From positions 47,849-111,848 of IMG/VR virus record IMGVR_UViG_3300020057_000035: DNA of 64,000 nt; one strand, written 5' to 3'. The translations under genes were made by a program, and so were the position numbers. Under the pieces are notes generated by a model, which saw nothing but the letters and a program-made list of their open reading frames with translations, did not search any database and was not told where the DNA came from. Positions 56,808 through 64,000 of this stretch are shown here, piece after piece; the stretch's first letter is position 1, and the number at the start of each line of letters is the position of its first letter. This DNA is from a virus.

Positions 56808-59405
56808 TTAATTCGGTTTAAACGAACCTACTATAGTTATTATACCAGCATTTGATCCTAAAATAGTTATTGTTGAAGTATTAGATCCTACTATATCTAT
56901 ATGCTTAGGATCGTAAGTAGGTATATGAGAAGAAAGTCCTAACCATGACAAAATAGCAGTACTTATTTTTCCTGGAATTCTTTTAAGATCTCCGATTGTA
57001 GAAAAAGAACCACTAAAGAATAAAAATCTAGTATTTCCATAATTTCCTATCAAAAACGGAAACCCATTAAATATTCTAGATATTGTTATTATCTTAGTTC
57101 CTGCTAATTGAATAGCCCCTTCTTTTGGTAATTGCGGTGTTTTTATTAACAGGCTGCTGATAAGTAGGGTAGCTAATACAGATAAGGGAGTATTTTTTAT
57201 AACAGTTCCTATAGATGTAAGTGTTCCGGCTATTGTTTTATTTGATTGATTATATATGTATCCCAAAAGAATTATAAACTGACCAGCTAGATATTTATTA
57301 GTAACAGGAGATAAGACAGAAGATAAAGTTAGCACCCCATTTAAAGATCTGGTCATTGCTTTTTGAGTAGCGCCAACAGAAGAAAAAATACCAGTAAGTA
57401 GTTTTGTAAGAGATTGTGTTATATTTGAACCAATTAAATTAATACTTGCAGTTTGTGTTTTATTTATTATTTTTGTTAGATTTCCGATTATATTTAATGT
57501 TGAAGTAAGTAAAACACTACTAACAAAACTCAAAGTACCACTAGTAGTTATTATTCCTGTTTTAGTAAAAAATATAGATCTGCTAGACATTGTTCCAACT
57601 GAAGAAAAACTAGCCAATAATAGTTTAAGAGTATTATTATATATTATAGAATTAAGTGTTATTGTTCCTGCTCGTGATATAAAGTGTCCAAATATTACTT
57701 GAGAAGCAGAAATAGATAAAGAAGATATCATTTTAGTATTTATCTCTTTTATAATTGTTGATGAATTATTTAATATACCAATAATAGACATAAGTTTTAG
57801 GGGAAAATGAGAAACACTACTTGATGTAGATAAAGATGAAACTAGTAATCTAGATATTGATTTAACTATAGAAGAAAAAGTGGTTAATATAGCTATAATG
57901 TTTTTCTCTATAGTATATCTAATAATTGAAGTAAAAGATAAGACTGAAGAAAGTATTTTTCCTCTTGTGCCAATAGTAATAGATGAAGTAGACAAGGAAG
58001 AAAATAAAGATCTATTTATTGTTTTATACAAAGAACCAATACTAGACAGAGATGCAATAATAGTTTTAGTAATAGATCTATTAGATATTATTCCAGAAGA
58101 TATTAGTGTTCCTATTAAATACTTTAGGGGGCTAAGTGTGTTTATTCCTGATGTAGTTAATGATCCAATATATGTTTTATTTATGTTTTCATTTAATGCG
58201 CCATTAAATGAAAAAGAACCAATAATAGATCCAGTAATAGATTTTAATACACTACTTGATGTTGATAAAGAGCCAATTAGTATTTTGCTAACATTACGAA
58301 GTGAAATTACACCAGAAGTAGATAATGATGCAATGAGTGTCTGTAAAAACACACGTATTATAGTAGAAGTGCCAGATGATATTAGTGTACCTAAAAATGA
58401 TCTATTTGTTTCTTTAATTAAAGTGCCAATAGAAGACAGAGTACCAACTACATATTTTTCTATTGTCCACGATCCCAAAACACCGGAAGAAGTAAATACA
58501 CCAGAAAATAGTTTATTTAATGTTTTTATTAAAGTAGAAGTTGACGCAACTGTTACTGATTTTATAGTAGAATATAGTTTTGTTATTGTGCTAGATAGAC
58601 CCAACGTACCAACTATTATTTTATTATTTGTAAATGCAAATAAAGAACTAAAAGAAACAGTTGATGATAATAGTTTAATGTTATTTTTAATTAGATTTGC
58701 AGAAAAAGACAAAGAAGAAAATAGGGATCTAGTTATTGATGTATTTACTATTGAAGACGTGTTTAGTGCTCCTATTAGTGTTTTAGTTAAGTCTCTAAGT
58801 GAAATAACACCAGAAGAGTCAAGAACACTAGAAAAATATTTACCATAAGAACGAAAAACTAATGATCCAGAAGAAATTAATATACCAGTTAATATCACAG
58901 ATAAATTATATAATCTAGTCATAGAAGATGTAGAAGTAGAAACAGTAATTAAACTTTTTATGCTATTTTTTATTAGATTTGATGCACTAGTAACCGCACC
59001 AGAAAATATTCTAGCTATTTTTTTAATCATATCTCCAGATAATGTTAGTGTGCCAGAATAAAAAGAATTACTATTAATTAACTTAACTACAGAAGAAGTA
59101 GTATATAAAACAGAAGACCAAACAAATGGATTTTTTGGACTAATTGTTTTTATAATATTGGCGAAAGTGGATAATGTAGCCGTGTTTATTTTATTTGCTG
59201 TTTTAAGGGTAGATACAATAGAGATAACACTAGTAGATAAAATATTTGCAAATATTTTATTTACAATTAGTGTAGGAGTAGAGACAGAAACTAAGGATAA
59301 AATTTTATTTATTGTTTTAATCAAAGAAGAAGTAGATACAGAAGTGACAGATAATGTACTTAAAAAAGTTTCATTTTTGTTTTTAAATAAAAGAAGAAGA
59401 CTCAA
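56808..59405 (-). CDS. Ser/Thr/Ile-rich repeat protein, putative virion fibre
   Basis: repeated ~19-20 aa units (K.L.GxLSxSGxL). Confidence 0.65.
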   Translation of the reverse strand: MSLLLLFKNKNETFLSTLSVTSVSTSSLIKTINKILSLVSVSTPTLIVNKIFANILSTSVISIVSTLKTANKINTATLSTFANIIKTISPKNPFVWSSVLYTTSSVVKLINSNSFYSGTLTLSGDMIKKIARIFSGAVTSASNLIKNSIKSLITVSTSTSSMTRLYNLSVILTGILISSGSLVFRSYGKYFSSVLDSSGVISLRDLTKTLIGALNTSSIVNTSITRSLFSSLSFSANLIKNNIKLLSSTVSFSSLFAFTNNKIIVGTLGLSSTITKLYSTIKSVTVASTSTLIKTLNKLFSGVFTSSGVLGSWTIEKYVVGTLSSIGTLIKETNRSFLGTLISSGTSTIIRVFLQTLIASLSTSGVISLRNVSKILIGSLSTSSSVLKSITGSIIGSFSFNGALNENINKTYIGSLTTSGINTLSPLKYLIGTLISSGIISNRSITKTIIASLSSIGSLYKTINRSLFSSLSTSSITIGTRGKILSSVLSFTSIIRYTIEKNIIAILTTFSSIVKSISRLLVSSLSTSSSVSHFPLKLMSIIGILNNSSTIIKEINTKMISSLSISASQVIFGHFISRAGTITLNSIIYNNTLKLLLASFSSVGTMSSRSIFFTKTGIITTSGTLSFVSSVLLTSTLNIIGNLTKIINKTQTASINLIGSNITQSLTKLLTGIFSSVGATQKAMTRSLNGVLTLSSVLSPVTNKYLAGQFIILLGYIYNQSNKTIAGTLTSIGTVIKNTPLSVLATLLISSLLIKTPQLPKEGAIQLAGTKIITISRIFNGFPFLIGNYGNTRFLFFSGSFSTIGDLKRIPGKISTAILSWLGLSSHIPTYDPKHIDIVGSNTSTITILGSNAGIITIVGSFKPN

Positions 59406-59503
59406 ATTATTATTTTATCACTTTACATCAAACTTTATATATATTATACCAAAGAGCAGATGATATAATTTAAGTAAGAATATATATAATTAGGATTTAA
59501 TAT

Positions 59504-60769
59504 TTGGCAGACTCAGTTGGAACAAAAGATAATACAGACAATACTAATAAGCTAGTATCTACTGATGAAGTAACTAGAAACGCTCAACAAGAACACATTC
59601 AACTAATGAAAATAGCTCTTGGGGCAGAAAATGCTTTAGATTTAGTATTAGATTCTGCTCAGCAAACTATGGCTAATTCTTTACCAGTAGTTATTGCGTC
59701 TGATCAATCAGCGTTAAGTATTTCTACTTTAACTACATCAATAGTGCCGGGAACAGGAGCAACGCATTTAGGAAAAGCCGAAGATGCTGCCCACACTACC
59801 GGTGATACTGGTATATCTGTACTCGCTGTTAGAAATGATGGCGGTGCTGCTCTAGCTGGTACTACTGGTGACTATATACCACTAACAACCGACTCTCTAG
59901 GTAGACTATATGTTACTGGAGCATCAACTACACAACCAGTATCAATAGCAGCTACTGTTAGTACAACAGGAACCAACAGTGTGCCAACGGATGGAAGTAC
60001 CTTTTCTTCTACTTTAATATTTGATGCCGGAGTTTTATATAATTATAATGGCGCTACTTGGGATAGAGTTAGAGGAGGAACTACAAATGGTCTTTTTGTT
60101 GATGTTAAACAACAAGTTCCTGGTGTTGGTGCTACTAATCTAGGTAAAGCGGAAGATGCTGTAGCAGCAAGTGGAGATACTGGCGTTGCTTTATTAGCAG
60201 TAAGAACAGATACACCAGCAGATAGTACTAGTGCAACCGGTGATTATGCAATTCTTCACACTAATTCTATGGGAGAACTACAGATTGGTGGTGTAGCTAA
60301 TGACGCCGTAGATGCTGGTAATCCAATAAAAATAGGCGCTCAAGCTAGAGCTACCGATCCTGTTGCTGTTGTTGATGCTGATAGAGTAAATATACTTGCT
60401 GATGTTCTAGGTAAAGTAATACAATTACCGTATGCCATTTCCCCAAGACATTTTCAATATGCTGCTGCATCTGGTGGTGAAACTGGTACTGGAGACATAG
60501 CAATTAAAGCTGCTGGTTCAGCAGGAATTAGAAATTATATCACTTCTGTAGACGCTGTTAATCAACATGCAAGTGTTGATACAGAAGTAGTTATTAAAGA
60601 TGGTGCTACTGTTATTTGGAGAGGATATTGTCGTGCTGGTGGTGGTGGTTATTCTCTTGTTTTTCCTACTCCTTTGCGCGGAACTGCTGCTACTGCAATG
60701 AATTTTGCAAATATTACTACTGGCTCTAAAGTGTACTTAAATGCTCGTGGTTATCAGGCAATAGATTAA
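59504..60769 (+). CDS. putative virion/tail protein
   Basis: Gly/Ala/Thr-rich with duplicated VPGxGATxLGKAEDA...GDTG unit. Confidence 0.6.
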   Translation: MADSVGTKDNTDNTNKLVSTDEVTRNAQQEHIQLMKIALGAENALDLVLDSAQQTMANSLPVVIASDQSALSISTLTTSIVPGTGATHLGKAEDAAHTTGDTGISVLAVRNDGGAALAGTTGDYIPLTTDSLGRLYVTGASTTQPVSIAATVSTTGTNSVPTDGSTFSSTLIFDAGVLYNYNGATWDRVRGGTTNGLFVDVKQQVPGVGATNLGKAEDAVAASGDTGVALLAVRTDTPADSTSATGDYAILHTNSMGELQIGGVANDAVDAGNPIKIGAQARATDPVAVVDADRVNILADVLGKVIQLPYAISPRHFQYAAASGGETGTGDIAIKAAGSAGIRNYITSVDAVNQHASVDTEVVIKDGATVIWRGYCRAGGGGYSLVFPTPLRGTAATAMNFANITTGSKVYLNARGYQAID

Positions 60770-61867
60770 GTGGCAATATTAAATTTCTATGGTATGGAAA
60801 CTGGTAATTTATTAGAATTTGCTTCTACTGTTGCTGGAGGAACTATATCAAACGTTACCACATCTCCCTTAACGGGATCTAGATGCTTAGAAGCAGTTAC
60901 AGGTGGGGGTTTTTCTTCTTATGCAGAGATTAAAAAAATAGCAGCAGATGGAACAAGCAACACTAATATAGGATTAACCACAGTATATATGAGCTTTGGG
61001 TATTATCATGCAGGTGGTACTGGAAATCATGGCATAGTACAATTTATGGATAGTGCTGGTAATATAGCTGTTTCCTTTGAAAGAAATAATAGTAGTGGAA
61101 ATTATTGGCTTAACGGAGCTACTGCATCAGGGTCAATAACATTAAGTGATTCTACGTGGTATGATATTTTACTAAAAATAACTCAAAATGGAACATGTGA
61201 GTTATCTATAAATAATGCGTCCGGGGGAGGAATAACGACCTGCACTGCTAGTAATTTTATTATAGATAAAATTAGAGTTGGATCATTTGCTAATGGGGCA
61301 ACAGTGTGGACGGAAAGATTTGATGATATTGTAGTTAGTGATACTGGTATACCTTCTGGATTAAAAGTTAATATATTAACACCGAATGGAGTAGGTAGCA
61401 ACTCTTTTACTTCTGGAACATATACAGATGTAGATGAAATACCACATGATTCTGATACTACGTATGTAGAGGCAGTAAACTTAGCTAGTGCCACTATAAA
61501 CATTGCTATGACATCCTCTTCCTCTATTTCTGCACAAAATACAAAAATATTAGCTATTAAAGCAACAGCAATAGGAAGAAAAGTATCAGGTACAGCAACA
61601 AGCATTCTTTCTTTTAGACAAGAAAGTTCTGAACTTCAAACAGGAAGTAGAACACTAGGCGCAAGTTTCGAGTCTACGAGTAAAATAATAGAAACACAAG
61701 TAGTTAATACATCCTTTCCTTTGACTGGACCCTCATTAGATGACATTAGTGTAAGCATAGATCATACTGGAGCAGCAGGAACTACCAGACACACACAAGG
61801 TATGATAGAAGTATTATATGATCCATTCTCACCAAAAAGAAGAAATTTAACCGGTGTTGGTTACTAG
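60770..61867 (+). CDS. putative virion protein with a concanavalin/LamG-like domain
   Basis: beta-rich, LSDSTWYDI...FDDIVV. Confidence 0.55.
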   Translation: MAILNFYGMETGNLLEFASTVAGGTISNVTTSPLTGSRCLEAVTGGGFSSYAEIKKIAADGTSNTNIGLTTVYMSFGYYHAGGTGNHGIVQFMDSAGNIAVSFERNNSSGNYWLNGATASGSITLSDSTWYDILLKITQNGTCELSINNASGGGITTCTASNFIIDKIRVGSFANGATVWTERFDDIVVSDTGIPSGLKVNILTPNGVGSNSFTSGTYTDVDEIPHDSDTTYVEAVNLASATINIAMTSSSSISAQNTKILAIKATAIGRKVSGTATSILSFRQESSELQTGSRTLGASFESTSKIIETQVVNTSFPLTGPSLDDISVSIDHTGAAGTTRHTQGMIEVLYDPFSPKRRNLTGVGY

Positions 61868-61956
61868 GTTGCTCTTGTTGAAGATGTGGTACTTAGGGCG
61901 GTATAACATTAATTTCCAAAACCTTAGTCGATTACTGTACTTATTATATAACAAAG

Positions 61957-63999
61957 TTAATATTCTCCGATGATAGCAATAAAGTTTTTGTACATACCAG
62001 TAATAGATACACTACTAGAATAATTACCTAAAATATTTAGTACTTCAAGAATAGGTAATTTTAAGAATCCACTTAAAGCTATTGATCCAGTTAATATTCT
62101 AGCATATATTATATTTTTAGTTAATATAGAAGTGTTTGTTGATGTAATAGTTAATATCTTTATCACTATTTTATTAACTATTAAAGTATAGACGGATGTA
62201 ATAGTTACAGACAAACTCTTTAGAATAGATCTAATTATTAGTGGTATTGAAATAGATATTATAGATATTAATTTATTTATATTGCGAATCATTAGGGCAG
62301 AGGCCGTTGATGTAGTAATTAAATCAATTAGGTATATAGTCGCACCATCACTAATATTAGATAAAATGGATGATAAATTTAGTACTGCTGATAGTGTTCT
62401 ACTTATTTCGCGTTTTAAGACAGAAAATGAAGAAACAATACCTGTAAACATGCTCTGAATAGCTCTAGAAACAGCCACAGAGGCGCTTACAGAGATAATC
62501 AGTACTTTACTACTACTTTTTATTAAAGTGCCTTGAAAAGCGAATGTACCGCTAATTGTCTTATTTATCGACTTAAATAATATAACAGTTGAAATTATAT
62601 TTATAGATAGTGGTTTTCCTACAGATCTCATCATACTGCTTGTTGAAGCGGAAACAACACTTAGGATTTTATTTACGCTTCTACTTAATATTGAAGATGA
62701 GGAAGATATAACTGAAAAAGTCTTATTTATAGATTTAAGCATTGAAGACAAAGAAACAATTATTAAAGACAAAGTTTTATTTATTGATTTAAGTAATGTA
62801 ACAGCAGAAGTTACTGTAATAGTCAAAACAACAAGAATAACTTTAATAGAAGACATAGTAGATGTGTTGTTTACTATAATTGATAAAGTTTTGTTTACAG
62901 ATTTTATAATAGTAGGAATTGAAACATTTGTAATATTTAATGTTTTACTAATAGATTTAATTATATTTGAAGTTGAGTTTACTGTAATATTTAAGACTAC
63001 ACGGATAACCTTTATGGAAGTCAAGGTAGAGATATTAGTTACTGTAACTAATAAAATTTTGCCTATAGATTTAATAAAAGTTGGCGTTGTAACAGAAATA
63101 ATACTAAAAGACTTATTTATAGATCTGATAGTGGATATGGTTGAGATACTAATTAAAGATAAAACCTTACCAATGGATTTAATAATTGTTACAGTAGACA
63201 GACTTGTTACTATTAAGGACATAAGAATTACTTTAATTGATGTTAGTGTTGAGACATTATTGACTACTACACTAATAATCTTACTTACCGGTTTTATTAT
63301 TAACGAAGCAGAAGAGGATACTATATTTAGTGTTTTATTAGTAGACCTTACTATAGTTGAAGACGTAGTTGATATAACAGACAAGGCTTTAGCAAACACA
63401 CCAGATCTAACTAATGTAGCCACAGATATAACAGCTACGCTTAGAGGTTTACCTACGGATTTAATTAGTGCAACTGTAGATATTACAGTTACAGACAATG
63501 ATAGTATTTTACCAGTAGACCGTATCATATTCAAGGTAGTGTTTGATACTAAAGATAAACCTTTACCAATAGACTTAATTAATATAGGTGTAGATATCAC
63601 TATTACACTCAATGTTTTATTAATAATAAACGAAGCTATTAAAGCAACAACTGAAATAACTGTTACAGATAAAGTTTTACTTGCGTCTTTAATAACTGAG
63701 GGTGTTGATGTAGAAATAGCAGATATTATTTTGCTGATAGATCTTATAAATGAAGTCGAAGAAATAGATGCTATAGATAAATTCTTTCCAATAGATTTAA
63801 TGACGGTTGGAGTAGTAATAGATACTACAGTTAATATTTTAACAAAAGACTTTACTATTGATTTAGTGGAAGCAGAAGTAATACTTAATAATTTACCAAC
63901 ATTTTTAATAAAAATAGGGGTGGAAGTAGAAACTAAAAATAAAGGTTTATTTACAGACTTAATTATTGTCGGAGTAGAGATAGAGGTAATACTTAATAA
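61957..63999 (-). CDS. Ser/Thr/Ile-rich repeat protein, 5'-truncated by the window edge
   Basis: frame stays open from 63612 to the window end; ~19-aa IKSIxKxLSxxSxST repeats. Confidence 0.65.
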   Translation of the reverse strand, partial: LLSITSISTPTIIKSVNKPLFLVSTSTPIFIKNVGKLLSITSASTKSIVKSFVKILTVVSITTPTVIKSIGKNLSIASISSTSFIRSISKIISAISTSTPSVIKDASKTLSVTVISVVALIASFIINKTLSVIVISTPILIKSIGKGLSLVSNTTLNMIRSTGKILSLSVTVISTVALIKSVGKPLSVAVISVATLVRSGVFAKALSVISTTSSTIVRSTNKTLNIVSSSASLIIKPVSKIISVVVNNVSTLTSIKVILMSLIVTSLSTVTIIKSIGKVLSLISISTISTIRSINKSFSIISVTTPTFIKSIGKILLVTVTNISTLTSIKVIRVVLNITVNSTSNIIKSISKTLNITNVSIPTIIKSVNKTLSIIVNNTSTMSSIKVILVVLTITVTSAVTLLKSINKTLSLIIVSLSSMLKSINKTFSVISSSSSILSRSVNKILSVVSASTSSMMRSVGKPLSINIISTVILFKSINKTISGTFAFQGTLIKSSSKVLIISVSASVAVSRAIQSMFTGIVSSFSVLKREISRTLSAVLNLSSILSNISDGATIYLIDLITTSTASALMIRNINKLISIISISIPLIIRSILKSLSVTITSVYTLIVNKIVIKILTITSTNTSILTKNIIYARILTGSIALSGFLKLPILEVLNILGNYSSSVSITGMYKNFIAIIGEY

Positions 64000-64000
64000 T

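Noticed and set aside
58102-58111. ATTAGTGTTC match to the putative guide after 25730
   Set aside because: A 10-nt AT-rich match is expected by chance
57880-58848. 322-aa plus-strand ORF
   Set aside because: Antisense shadow of the low-complexity repeat gene 56808-59405; no motifs

Overview
AT-rich (about 30% GC) segment of a large tailed dsDNA phage genome in the standard genetic code. Genes run on + from 1 to ~18.4 kb and on - from ~18.4 to 59.4 kb. It encodes a class II ribonucleotide reductase, terminase large subunit, a replication/recombination block (PolA, DnaB, primase, SSB, RecA, Cas4-like nuclease, RuvC, RNase HI/HII), several intact and decaying DNA methyltransferases, six tRNAs, Fe-S assembly genes (sufB and an A-type carrier), an intact tnpB plus several IS200/IS605 remnants, and repeat-rich putative virion proteins. 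It is very rich in inteins: seven contiguous inteins (NrdJ x3, TerL, SufB, a metallophosphoesterase, PolA), one naturally split intein and one stand-alone degenerate Hint protein. The strongest candidate for a new system is an RNA ligase split just after its KxDG adenylation motif into two genes 5.2 kb apart (29138-29992 with an N-intein; 23302-23916 with a C-intein and its own promoter). Protein trans-splicing would be required, and a polynucleotide kinase gene follows the N half, giving a trans-spliced tRNA-repair system. Weak evidence suggests a Chloroflexota host. All assignments come from motif reading and recall; no searches were run.
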